A stretch of 64,000 bases of DNA, taken from the IMG/VR virus record IMGVR_UViG_3300027759_006101, positions 1 to 64,000 of that record; one strand, 5' to 3'. The notes under the pieces are model-generated. The model had not been told where the DNA came from, searched no databases, and saw only the letters and a list, made by a program, of their open reading frames with translations. A program made the position numbers and the translations under genes. Positions 28,557 to 37,865 of this stretch are shown in pieces; the first letter of the stretch is position 1; each line of letters opens with the position of its first letter.

Positions 28557-29507
28557 TTACCAAATGAATTTATTTTTGTAATAATTGACTATGTTTAAAA
28601 TCTCATTGTCAAAATTTACTTGTGGAGACCAACCTAAATTTTTAAGTTTAGAATCATCAATTGCATATCTGACATCTTGCCCTGGTCTCATAACGTCATA
28701 AGAGATATAATCATCATAGTTTACAGAAGATTCAAAGTATGCATCTATAATTTTTTTAATTGTATCAATATTCGATTGTTCAAAACCTCCGGCTACATTG
28801 TAAATCTCATTAGACTTACCTTTCTCTATAATTGCAATTATTGCTGATGCAGTATCACTTGCATGTAACCAATTACGTATAGGAGTTCCGTGATTGTGTA
28901 ATGGGATTTTTCTTTTCAAAGTTAAAAACTTACAAGCTTTAGGGATAAGTTTTTCAACATATTGACCAATACCGTAATTGTTAGTTGGTCTGACAATATT
29001 GTAATTTAGATCGAAAGTTCTAGCCCAAGCCACAATTAACATATCTGCAGAAGCTTTAGTTGCAGAGTAAGGATTGCTTGGTTTCAATAAGTCAGTTTCT
29101 TTATGACTCCCATCAACCACATCTCCGTATACTTCGTCAGTGCTGAAGTGAATAAATCTTGGTATTACATATCCTTCTGTTTTGTAATTTTTAAGAAGCT
29201 CTAAAATATTGTGAACACCTGTAATGTTTGAGTGTAAAAAAACATCACTTTTACGTATTGAGTTATCTACGTGAGTTTCTGCAGCAGTATTTATAAAAAC
29301 ATCACAATCAACTAATCTTTTTATATCGCAAATATCAGTTTTCTCAAATTTGAATTTTGGATTACAGAAAAAATCATCCAAAACACTTACATCAGAAGCA
29401 TAAGTACAGCTATCGATGCCATAAACATACCAGCCTTTGTCTAAACAAGCCTTAGTAATATATCTGCCTATAAAACCTAAGCATCCAGTTATATAAACGA
29501 TTTTCAT
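28557..29507 (-). CDS. rmlB: NDP(dTDP)-glucose 4,6-dehydratase
   Basis: TGCLGFIG, AAETHVDNSI, STDEVYG, PYSATK, RPTNNYG, EKLIP, RPGQD.RYA. Confidence 0.9.
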   Translation of the reverse strand: MKIVYITGCLGFIGRYITKACLDKGWYVYGIDSCTYASDVSVLDDFFCNPKFKFEKTDICDIKRLVDCDVFINTAAETHVDNSIRKSDVFLHSNITGVHNILELLKNYKTEGYVIPRFIHFSTDEVYGDVVDGSHKETDLLKPSNPYSATKASADMLIVAWARTFDLNYNIVRPTNNYGIGQYVEKLIPKACKFLTLKRKIPLHNHGTPIRNWLHASDTASAIIAIIEKGKSNEIYNVAGGFEQSNIDTIKKIIDAYFESSVNYDDYISYDVMRPGQDVRYAIDDSKLKNLGWSPQVNFDNEILNIVNYYKNKFIW

Positions 29508-29514
29508 TTAAAAT

Positions 29515-29538
29515 ATTATACGTTATAAGCGGTATAAT
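29515..29538. promoter_or_regulatory. Back-to-back divergent GTATAAT -10 boxes forming an inverted repeat
   Basis: ATTATAC-N10-GTATAAT; 7 nt from the left-arm ATG (29507) and 6 nt from the right-arm ATG (29545). Confidence 0.7.
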
Positions 29539-29544
29539 AAGTTT

Positions 29545-29946
29545 ATGAATCGCAAATATCTCCCAACTCTTTCCGAATTGATTGATAGGCTTTCGATTGT
29601 TCAACTAAAAGAAGTTTTTATTTCAGAACATAAAGCCGAATATGCTAAAGAAATATCAGATATTCTCCATGATATTCAAGAACATATTGATGAAAATAAT
29701 GCAGAAATTACAGCTGAAGTAATCCGAGCAGTAGTTGTCTTGTCACAGATGAATTTGCATATTTGGCACAATGAAACAAATTACCGCAAGGGAATCAAGG
29801 ATGGAAATAATCTTGAATTGACTCACGGCTTGAATGGAATTAGAAACACGGCAAAAAATAAAATTCAAGAAGTAGTTGGTGGACGAAAAGACTACAAAAT
29901 TGACTGTTTAGCTGCTGATTTTAAGGACTGGGAGATAAGCTGGTGA
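29545..29946 (+). CDS. DUF6165-like all-alpha protein
   Basis: SELIDRLSIVQLK...NLHIWHNETNYR...NGIRNTAKNKI. Confidence 0.5.
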   Translation: MNRKYLPTLSELIDRLSIVQLKEVFISEHKAEYAKEISDILHDIQEHIDENNAEITAEVIRAVVVLSQMNLHIWHNETNYRKGIKDGNNLELTHGLNGIRNTAKNKIQEVVGGRKDYKIDCLAADFKDWEISW

Positions 29947-30956
29947 ACAGACGTAAGGCTTTGTTGATTTACAGTAGATGGCAATACGGTGGACCTCCTG
30001 TGCTGTCTAATTTTGTAAATAATCTGACTGGCTCATATGAATATTTTTCTGCTGATAAGCCTGAATATGAAATTGAAAATGTTTATATTGGTCCTGAACC
30101 TGGTGAAATAAGCACAACAAAAGAATTGTCAGAAATTTTACTTACAAAAGATTATGACATAGCTGTTGTAAGCGAACTTGAAGATTGTGTCATTGATATA
30201 GATGTTGCAAAAAAAATTGGAAAAAAGTTATTTCTTTTAAATTGGGATTGCAATGTGAATATTTCTTCTCATTTAGAAACAAACTTTAGACTATTTTTGA
30301 AAAAACCTATAAATATTTCTTTTTTGAGAACTAAACATTCTTTGTGGGAATTGTCGCAATATTGCAATGTGCTCAATATGGATTATGGATATGGAGAAAT
30401 GTATCCAAATATTTATTGTTTTTCTACCCCGCAAGATGAAAGAATTTTCAAGAAAACTCCTGAGTCTGAAAAAGAATATGATGTTTTATTTTGCGGCTCA
30501 CTTCATATGCAAGAAAGAAATTCAATATTAAGTAAACTAATAAATTCTGGAGTAAACGTAAAGATTTCTGGAGGAAGATGGCCAGCAGAAAATACGATAC
30601 AGAATTTTGAAGATTATGCAAAAGAATTTGGCAAAGCTAAAATTTCTTTAAATTTTGCAGCTAGCCCTTATTGTAGATATTCACGTAAGGGAAGAGTTTT
30701 AGAGTCCCTATCTACAGGATCGTTATGTATTTCAACATATCCAGACATTTTTAAGTCAAGGCTTGGAACTTGGTTTGAGGTAGATAAACATTTTGCTGAA
30801 TTCAATTTAGATAATTGTGTTGATGTTGTAAATTACTATATCAATAATCAGACAGAAAGAAGAAGAATTGCTGATTCAGGTTATGAGCATTGGAAGAAAA
30901 CTTGTTCAGCTGATGTGTTTTGGCCAAAGCTTTTTGAAATTGCAGGTGTATTATGA
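29943..30956 (+). CDS. GT-B glycosyltransferase, CgeB/Glyco_trans_1_2-like (paralog 1)
   Basis: YDVLFCGS...ER...AKISLN...RKGRVLESL.TG...YINNQTERRRIA. Confidence 0.8.
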   Translation: MNRRKALLIYSRWQYGGPPVLSNFVNNLTGSYEYFSADKPEYEIENVYIGPEPGEISTTKELSEILLTKDYDIAVVSELEDCVIDIDVAKKIGKKLFLLNWDCNVNISSHLETNFRLFLKKPINISFLRTKHSLWELSQYCNVLNMDYGYGEMYPNIYCFSTPQDERIFKKTPESEKEYDVLFCGSLHMQERNSILSKLINSGVNVKISGGRWPAENTIQNFEDYAKEFGKAKISLNFAASPYCRYSRKGRVLESLSTGSLCISTYPDIFKSRLGTWFEVDKHFAEFNLDNCVDVVNYYINNQTERRRIADSGYEHWKKTCSADVFWPKLFEIAGVL

Positions 30957-31894
30957 TGGAAAAAGTTCTTATAACGGGTGGTGCTGGTTACCTTGGATCT
31001 GTGTTGACTGAAGTGCTACTTTTGAAAGGCTACGCAGTAACAGTTTTAGACAGCCTGGTTTACAAACAACTATCATTAACTTCTTTTTGCTACAATAAGA
31101 ATTTTAATTTAGTCGTTGGAGATGTACGAGATACAAAACTTCTTACAAGTCTGGTAGAAACTCATGACATCATCATTCCATTAGCTGCAATTGTAGGGAT
31201 GCCTGCTTGTAAAAAAGATCCAGAACTTACTGTAGCTGTAAATTATCAACAAATTAAAAACATTATTGAGATAATTCAGCCAAGTCAGAAATTGTTAGTT
31301 CCTAATACAAACTCTCAATATGGAAGTTCTGAAACAATTATCACAGAAGAAAGTCCTTTTAATCCACTGTCTCTATATGCTCAAACAAAATGTGATGCAG
31401 AAAAGCGTGTTTTAGAATCTGGTAATGGTATTTCTTTAAGACTTGCTACAGTCTTCGGTGTTTCATATAGACAAAGAATGGATTTACTTGTAAATGATTT
31501 TGTTTACCGAGCATTTACAGATGAATTTTTAGTTTTATTTGAATCACATTTCTTACGAAATTATGTTCACGTAAGAGACGTTGCTAAAGCATTTGTTCAT
31601 CTTATTGAGAACTACCATTCGCTAAATTTCAATGCCTATAATGTTGGTCTTACTTCAGCAAATATGTCAAAGCTTCAATTGGCTCAAAAAATCAAAGAAT
31701 ATGTTCCAAATTTAGTCATCATTGAAGAGCAATTCAAGGAAGATTTTGATAAGAGAAATTATGTCGTATCAAATGAAAAACTTGAAAAGACTGGATGGCA
31801 TTGTGACTTCTCTTTAGATTCAGGTATTGAAGAATTACTTTCTGCTTACAAGATGATTTCTAACTACAAGAATAAGGATTTCACAAATCTTTAA
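30953..31894 (+). CDS. NAD-dependent epimerase/dehydratase
   Basis: ITGGAGYLG, LAAIVG, LYAQTK, LRLATVFG, YVHVRD. Confidence 0.9.
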   Translation: MMEKVLITGGAGYLGSVLTEVLLLKGYAVTVLDSLVYKQLSLTSFCYNKNFNLVVGDVRDTKLLTSLVETHDIIIPLAAIVGMPACKKDPELTVAVNYQQIKNIIEIIQPSQKLLVPNTNSQYGSSETIITEESPFNPLSLYAQTKCDAEKRVLESGNGISLRLATVFGVSYRQRMDLLVNDFVYRAFTDEFLVLFESHFLRNYVHVRDVAKAFVHLIENYHSLNFNAYNVGLTSANMSKLQLAQKIKEYVPNLVIIEEQFKEDFDKRNYVVSNEKLEKTGWHCDFSLDSGIEELLSAYKMISNYKNKDFTNL

Positions 31895-32886
31895 TGAAAG
31901 TTTTATTTGTTTACAATCCCTGGAACACACGAAGGCCTAATGAGTCATCTTATGATATGAAGCTTAAAGGGAGTTTTGAAGCAGCTTTTGGTGAGACAAA
32001 CGAGCATACATATGAAGTTTTGCATTATGGTTTCGAAAATGATGTCATAAGAGATAATAAAACTCTCAATGAAGAAATATTGAAAAGAGATTTTGATGCA
32101 GTTTTTGTAAGTGAAGAGATGCAATTTCACATTACAAAAGAGACAGCAAAAAAACTTGGTAAAAAGCTTTTCAATATGCTTTGGGATACTTGGATTTCTA
32201 TATCTTCTAGTCCAGAAATAAACTTACGAATTGCTCTTAAACAACCTAAAATTTGGGGAGAACATTATAACCCTTGCTCTATGAAAGAATTATCTGAATA
32301 TTGCAATGTAATTGTATCTGATACTGCATATGGGAAAATAGACACTAACATTTATGCAATGTCATCCCCATATGATACTAGAATTTATTACCCAAATTTT
32401 GATGAAGAAAAAAGTATAGATATTTCTCACAATGGTAATATGTATATTCCAGAAAGAATTGAATTTGCAAAAATATTTCACAATGCTGGAGTTGATATTG
32501 ACTATGGCTCTAAAGCTAAGGGATATCTAACTAACTCTGACTATGCAAAAATTCATCGTTCTGCTAAAATATCATTGTGCTATACAAATTCAATATTTGG
32601 CCCAAATCATAAACAAAGAAAAGGAAGAATTGACGAAATCGCAGCTTGTGGCGGTTTTATGTTAATGACTAATCCTGAAGTAATGAAATGGAGAAATAAT
32701 TATTGGTTTAAGGATGGCGTACATTATGTTTCAATGGATCAGAGTAATTGTGTTGATAAAGTAAAATATTATCTTTCTAATGCTGATGAAAGATCAAGAA
32801 TTAGTAAGAATTTTTATGATGAGTGGAATACAAAATATTCACCAAGACCATATTGGGAAAAACTTTTTTCATTTATAAAGGATTAA
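31894..32886 (+). CDS. GT-B glycosyltransferase, CgeB-like (paralog 2)
   Basis: SAKISL...RKGRIDEIAACGGFMLM...KVKYYLSNADERSRI; clear similarity to 29943-30956. Confidence 0.8.
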   Translation: MKVLFVYNPWNTRRPNESSYDMKLKGSFEAAFGETNEHTYEVLHYGFENDVIRDNKTLNEEILKRDFDAVFVSEEMQFHITKETAKKLGKKLFNMLWDTWISISSSPEINLRIALKQPKIWGEHYNPCSMKELSEYCNVIVSDTAYGKIDTNIYAMSSPYDTRIYYPNFDEEKSIDISHNGNMYIPERIEFAKIFHNAGVDIDYGSKAKGYLTNSDYAKIHRSAKISLCYTNSIFGPNHKQRKGRIDEIAACGGFMLMTNPEVMKWRNNYWFKDGVHYVSMDQSNCVDKVKYYLSNADERSRISKNFYDEWNTKYSPRPYWEKLFSFIKD

Positions 32887-32892
32887 TTTTTA

Positions 32893-33864
32893 ATGTTTGA
32901 AGGCAAAAACGTTCTTATCACAGGTGGAGCTGGAATGATTGGAAGAGCTCTAACTGAAAAGTTGATAAATCTAAAAGCAAATATTACAATAGCTGATCTA
33001 CATTTTCCACTTGATTTAGAAAATAAAGTAAATTTTGTAAATAAGGACTTGAGATACTTACATAATTGTGAAGAAATTTGTCAAGGACAAGATTTTATTT
33101 TTAACTGCATTGGCGTAAAAGGTTCTCCTCAAGTATGTGCTTCACAGCCAGCAGATTTTATGGTACCAATGCTTCAATTCAACACAAATATGATGGAAGC
33201 TGCAAGAAGAGCTAATGTTCAGTGGTATTTATATACAAGCTCAGTAGGCGTTTATTCTCCTGCTGAAATCTTTTATGAAGATGATGTATGGTCAACTTTT
33301 CCATCTCCTAATGACAGATTTGCTGGGTGGGCAAAAAGAATGGGAGAATTGCAAGCTGAAGCATATTCAATCCAATATGGTTGGAATAAAGTTTCAATTG
33401 TCAGACCTGCAAATGTCTATGGAAAATTCGATAATTTCAATCCTGTAAATTCTATGGTGATTCCTTCACTTATTAGAAAAGTTCAAGAAAATGAAACTTT
33501 AGAAGTTTGGGGTGACGGTTCTCCAATTAGAGATTTTATTTTTGCTGATGATGTTGCTGAAGGTATGATTACCTGTGTTGAAAATAAAATCACAGAACCA
33601 ATTAATTTAGGTTCTGGTTCTGGTTATTCAATAAAGCAAATTGTTGACTTAGTGATAAAAGCTTCTAATAAAAACCCAAACGTAGAATGGCTTACTGACA
33701 AACCTTCTGGTGACAAAATTAGAATACTTAGTTCAACAAGAGCTAATTCACACGGTGTATTTCCAAAGACTAATTTGGAAAATGGTATCAAGATAGTTAC
33801 AGATTGGTTTGTTGAAAATAAGCAAGACATAGACAAAAAATATAATGTTTTTGTGAACCATTGA
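32893..33864 (+). CDS. Extended SDR, GDP-fucose synthase-like, catalytic Tyr position is Ala
   Basis: TGGAGMIG, FAGWAK, RPANVYG, VIPSLIRK, VWGDGSPIRDF. Confidence 0.8.
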   Translation: MFEGKNVLITGGAGMIGRALTEKLINLKANITIADLHFPLDLENKVNFVNKDLRYLHNCEEICQGQDFIFNCIGVKGSPQVCASQPADFMVPMLQFNTNMMEAARRANVQWYLYTSSVGVYSPAEIFYEDDVWSTFPSPNDRFAGWAKRMGELQAEAYSIQYGWNKVSIVRPANVYGKFDNFNPVNSMVIPSLIRKVQENETLEVWGDGSPIRDFIFADDVAEGMITCVENKITEPINLGSGSGYSIKQIVDLVIKASNKNPNVEWLTDKPSGDKIRILSSTRANSHGVFPKTNLENGIKIVTDWFVENKQDIDKKYNVFVNH

Positions 33865-33872
33865 GGATTTGT

Positions 33873-34826
33873 ATGAATTACTTTGAAAATAAAAAAATAG
33901 TTGTTACTGGAGGCAGTGGTTTTCTGGGAAGCAATTATATTGAGGGTTTACTCAAAAAAGGTGCAAGCGTCAAAACAAATACGCATAAGCGTTCTTTGCA
34001 AGTAAATGCTGAAAATCTCACGGTGCTTGAAAACTGTGATTTGACCCAATTAGATCATTGTATTGAATTAGTTGATGGGGCAGATTATGTAATTCATAGC
34101 GCAGGTAACATTGCACATCCTAGTACTGTAGCAACAGACATCCAAATATCTATTCAAAACATCAATGTTCTTGGAAATGTTTTAGATGCATGTAACAAAT
34201 GTTCAGTTAAAAAATTCTTAGACCTCAATAGTTCAACTGGATATCCTGATAGAAGATTACCAATTACAGAAGAAGAATTTTGGGAAGATGAGCCTTACGT
34301 TTCTTATTTTGGGTATGGATGGATGAGACGTTATAGAGAAAAGCTAATGGAGCATGTATCAAGATTCTCCAAAACCGAAATCTTAGTAACAAGAGGTACT
34401 GCGATTTTTGGCCCTTATGACAATTTTAACATTAAGACTTGCCATGTAGTACCAGCTCTGATTAATAGAGTCTTATCTGATGAAAATCCATTTATTGCTT
34501 GGGGTAGTCCAGATGTAGTAAGAGATTTTTTGTTTGTAGAGGATGTTGTAAACGCTTCTTTGCTTGTTCTTGAAAAAGGCGTACCTATGAGACCCTATAA
34601 TGTTGGGGCTGGCAAAGCAATTACTATCGGAGAAATTCTGGATGTCATATTGAAAACCACCAAAAAGTCACCAGAAATTATATGGGATAATTCTAAGCCT
34701 ACTACAATTCCTTTTAGAATGGTTAGCACAGAAAGAATTACAAATGAGTTGGGATTTTATCCAGAATACACATTTGAACAAGGCATTGAAAAAACTGTGG
34801 AATGGTACAAAAAAGTTTATAAATGA
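33873..34826 (+). CDS. Extended SDR, GDP-fucose synthase-like, YxxxR variant
   Basis: TGGSGFLG, YGWMR, HVVPALI, WGSPDVVRDF; start moved to ATG 33873 after a GAGG SD. Confidence 0.8.
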   Translation: MNYFENKKIVVTGGSGFLGSNYIEGLLKKGASVKTNTHKRSLQVNAENLTVLENCDLTQLDHCIELVDGADYVIHSAGNIAHPSTVATDIQISIQNINVLGNVLDACNKCSVKKFLDLNSSTGYPDRRLPITEEEFWEDEPYVSYFGYGWMRRYREKLMEHVSRFSKTEILVTRGTAIFGPYDNFNIKTCHVVPALINRVLSDENPFIAWGSPDVVRDFLFVEDVVNASLLVLEKGVPMRPYNVGAGKAITIGEILDVILKTTKKSPEIIWDNSKPTTIPFRMVSTERITNELGFYPEYTFEQGIEKTVEWYKKVYK

Positions 34827-35521
34827 TGAAGCAATTTTTAGTAACTGGAGTATCTGGAGGTTTGGGTAAATATTTATTTGATAATTTACCTGATTGCTCT
34901 GGGCTGCACAGAACAAATTTTGATGAAGTAAGTTCAGAATCTTACGATACTATAATTCACTGTGCCTACAATAAAGAAAATATAATTACTGATTACAAGC
35001 AGTATATTGAAGATAATATTTTTTTATTGCAAAAAGTTAAAAAAATTAAACATAAAAAATTTGTTTATATATCATCAATTGATGTTTATAATGAGCAGAA
35101 AAACAATTACTCATTATTTAAAATGTTTGCTGAATCTCTCTTAAATAGTGATGACTTAATTTTACGTCTTTCTTGTTTATTAGGTAAAACTTCAAAACCA
35201 AATCACGTTTCTAAAATAATTTCTAATGTTGAATATATAAGTCTTGAAGAAAATTCAACTTTCAATTACACACTTTATTCTGAGCTTTTAAGTTTTTTTT
35301 CTGAAAACCTACATATCAATAAAATTGGAATTTGTGATTTTGTTGCAAATGATTTTGTGTACTTAAAAGATGTCATCAGCTTTGCTAAATCTGATACCAA
35401 GACTGGGCAATATTGCTATAACTCAAAATATCAATTTGTAAATCCTATATACTTAGATCATCCAGAGTATAATAAAAGCTCTTTAGAAAAATTAAATCTC
35501 TTTATTAACAATCCTGAGTAA
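34823..35521 (+). CDS. Short NAD-dependent epimerase/reductase (RmlD-like)
   Basis: TGVSGGLG, SSIDVY, YSLFK. Confidence 0.75.
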   Translation: MMKQFLVTGVSGGLGKYLFDNLPDCSGLHRTNFDEVSSESYDTIIHCAYNKENIITDYKQYIEDNIFLLQKVKKIKHKKFVYISSIDVYNEQKNNYSLFKMFAESLLNSDDLILRLSCLLGKTSKPNHVSKIISNVEYISLEENSTFNYTLYSELLSFFSENLHINKIGICDFVANDFVYLKDVISFAKSDTKTGQYCYNSKYQFVNPIYLDHPEYNKSSLEKLNLFINNPE

Positions 35522-35542
35522 TTACAAAAAACAATTTCCACG

Positions 35543-35549
35543 GTATAAA
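35543..35549 (+). promoter_or_regulatory. Internal GTATAAA -10-like box 7 nt before ATG 35557
   Basis: CGGTATAAAT GTATTG ATG in a short intergenic gap. Confidence 0.45.
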
Positions 35550-35556
35550 TGTATTG

Positions 35557-36162
35557 ATGGAAAAATACTTACCTGAAGACCTAATTGCATTTGAAACAGA
35601 TATTGCAAATTGTTTCAATGAAGGCATTATCAAAGCACCCGTTCATTTATATGATGGCAATGAAGAACAAATCATAAAAGTTTTTCAAGATGTATCAGAA
35701 GATGATTGGGTTTTTTGCACTTGGCGTTCACATTATCAATGTTTGTTGAAAGGTGTGCCAAAAGAACAAGTGAAAACCGATATTTTAAATGGTAAATCTA
35801 TAACTTTATGCTATCCTGAACACAAAGTTTATTCTTCTGCTATTGTAACAGGAAGTATTCCAATTGCTACAGGGGTAGCTTTAGATATAAAGCGTAAAAA
35901 TCAAAATAACAAAGTATGGTGTTTTGTTGGAGATATGTCTTCTGAAACTGGTGTTTTTTTTGAAAACTGGAAATACGCAGTTAATCACGACTTACCAATT
36001 ACTTACGTAATTGAAGACAACAATAAATCAGTTTGTTCAGAAACTCGTAAGGTGTGGAATTGTGATAAGTTATTTTTTGAAAACGAAAATAGAAAAATAA
36101 TTTACTACTCATACACTTCTAAATATCCTCACGCTGGGGCTGGAAAAAGGATTCAATTTTAA
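35557..36162 (+). CDS. Minimal ThDP dehydrogenase E1-alpha-like subunit
   Basis: APVHL, TWRSHY, SAIVTG, GDMSSETG...EDNN; only ~200 aa. Confidence 0.85.
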   Translation: MEKYLPEDLIAFETDIANCFNEGIIKAPVHLYDGNEEQIIKVFQDVSEDDWVFCTWRSHYQCLLKGVPKEQVKTDILNGKSITLCYPEHKVYSSAIVTGSIPIATGVALDIKRKNQNNKVWCFVGDMSSETGVFFENWKYAVNHDLPITYVIEDNNKSVCSETRKVWNCDKLFFENENRKIIYYSYTSKYPHAGAGKRIQF

Positions 36163-36698
36163 TGAAATACTTTGATGAACTTAAAAGATCAATGGAATGG
36201 CTTGCTGAAAAAGAAGATACTTTATTTTTAGGCCAAGCTGTTGAGTATCCAGGCACAGCACTTACAAATACTATTGCAAATGTAGACAAAAGTAAGTTGC
36301 TAGAAATGCCAGTAAACGAAGAAATGCAAATGGGTATGACTTTAGGTATGGCGTTAAATGGTAGTGTTCCTGTATCTTTTTTCCCAAGATGGAATTTTCT
36401 TATATTAGCAGCCAATCAACTAGTAAATCACATCGATAAAATAAATATAATGTCAGATGGTGGATATAAGCCAAAAATCATTATCAGAACAGCTATAGGT
36501 TCACAAAGACCATTGCATCCTCAACACCAACATATTTCCGATTTTACTGCAGGTTTTAAGGCTCTTTGTGATTATGTTGATATAATTAGACTGGAAGAAC
36601 CACATCAAGTTTTTAATGCTTATAAATATGCCTATGAAAGAACAGATAATAGGCCAACATTATTGGTAGAATGGGGAGATTTTTACAGTGAAAAATAA
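36162..36698 (+). CDS. Minimal E1-beta/transketolase pyrimidine-binding subunit, no C-terminal domain
   Basis: FLGQAV, LEMPVNEEMQMG, NQLVN, HPQH; 178 aa. Confidence 0.85.
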   Translation: MKYFDELKRSMEWLAEKEDTLFLGQAVEYPGTALTNTIANVDKSKLLEMPVNEEMQMGMTLGMALNGSVPVSFFPRWNFLILAANQLVNHIDKINIMSDGGYKPKIIIRTAIGSQRPLHPQHQHISDFTAGFKALCDYVDIIRLEEPHQVFNAYKYAYERTDNRPTLLVEWGDFYSEK

Positions 36699-37863
36699 CT
36701 TATCTCATCCTCTTATGAATGACAATATTGATAGAGAAGATATTAATTCTGTAATTGATTTCTTGTCAGGTGAAAATATCCCCAAGCTTACAAATGGACC
36801 TAAAGTTGTTGAATTTGAAAACGCTTGGGGCAACTGGCTTGGAACTAAATATAATCTTTTTGTAAATTCAGGAGCTTCAGCAAATGAGTTAACTATGCTG
36901 GCAATTGCTCATATGATAGGTGAGGGAGAAATTATTGTCCCACCTCTTACTTGGATTTCTGACATTTCTTCAGTCTTATTCGCAGGGCATAAATTAGTTT
37001 TTGTGGATGTAAATTTCACAAATCTTTCTTTTGATATAGACAAGCTTAAAGCAGCAATTACACCAAACACTAAAGCAATTTTCTTAACTCATGTTCTTGG
37101 AATTAACGCTATCACAAAAGAACTCTTAGAAATTTGTGAAAAAAATAATATTCTGCTAATCGAAGATGTATGCGAATCTCACGGTACAACTTATCAAGGA
37201 TGCAAAGTTGGTAATTTTGGATTCGCAAGTAATTTTAGTTTTTATTTTGCACATCATATGTCAACAATTGAAGGTGGCATGATATCCACTAACAATTTTG
37301 AATTTTATCAAGTTTGTCGTGCATTAAGATCTCATGGTATGGTTAGAGAAATGACAAGTTCAGCTATGAAAAACTCTGTCATTGAAGCTAATCCAGACTT
37401 AAATCCTGATTTTATTTTCTTGCGTCCAGCTCATAATTTTAGAAGCACTGAAATCAATGCTGTCATTGGCTTATCACAGTTACCAAAGCTTGATGATAAA
37501 AATCAAGAAAGAATAGATAATTTTGATTTATTTATATCAAATTTAAATTCTGAAAAGTATCATATCGCAATTAACACTGAAGGCAATTGTAACTATGCTT
37601 TTATAGTGATTCTGAAAGAGCCAAATTTTGATAAACGAAATGCTCTGGAAAATAAACTTGCTGAAAATGGAATTGAGTTTAGAAGAGGACTGTCTGGTGG
37701 TGGCAATCAAATGAGACAGCCTTTTTTCAAATCTATTTATCAAGACTTTTCTGATTATCCAGTTATTGAGCATGTGCATAATTTTTCTTGGTATATTGGA
37801 AACTACCCAGGTCTGGAAAAAGAAAAGATTAATTTTTTACTTGAGATTTTAAATAGTGACTAA
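36688..37863 (+). CDS. DegT/DnrJ-family PMP-dependent 3-dehydratase (ColD-type)
   Basis: NSGASAN, IEDVCESHG, SFYFAHHMSTIEGG (His at the Schiff-base Lys position); no Fe-S Cys insertion. Confidence 0.85.
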   Translation: MKNNLSHPLMNDNIDREDINSVIDFLSGENIPKLTNGPKVVEFENAWGNWLGTKYNLFVNSGASANELTMLAIAHMIGEGEIIVPPLTWISDISSVLFAGHKLVFVDVNFTNLSFDIDKLKAAITPNTKAIFLTHVLGINAITKELLEICEKNNILLIEDVCESHGTTYQGCKVGNFGFASNFSFYFAHHMSTIEGGMISTNNFEFYQVCRALRSHGMVREMTSSAMKNSVIEANPDLNPDFIFLRPAHNFRSTEINAVIGLSQLPKLDDKNQERIDNFDLFISNLNSEKYHIAINTEGNCNYAFIVILKEPNFDKRNALENKLAENGIEFRRGLSGGGNQMRQPFFKSIYQDFSDYPVIEHVHNFSWYIGNYPGLEKEKINFLLEILNSD

Positions 37864-37865
37864 AA

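Noticed and set aside
35557-36698. Phage-encoded pyruvate dehydrogenase complex
   Set aside because: Subunits are truncated, with no E2/E3, and are embedded among sugar genes
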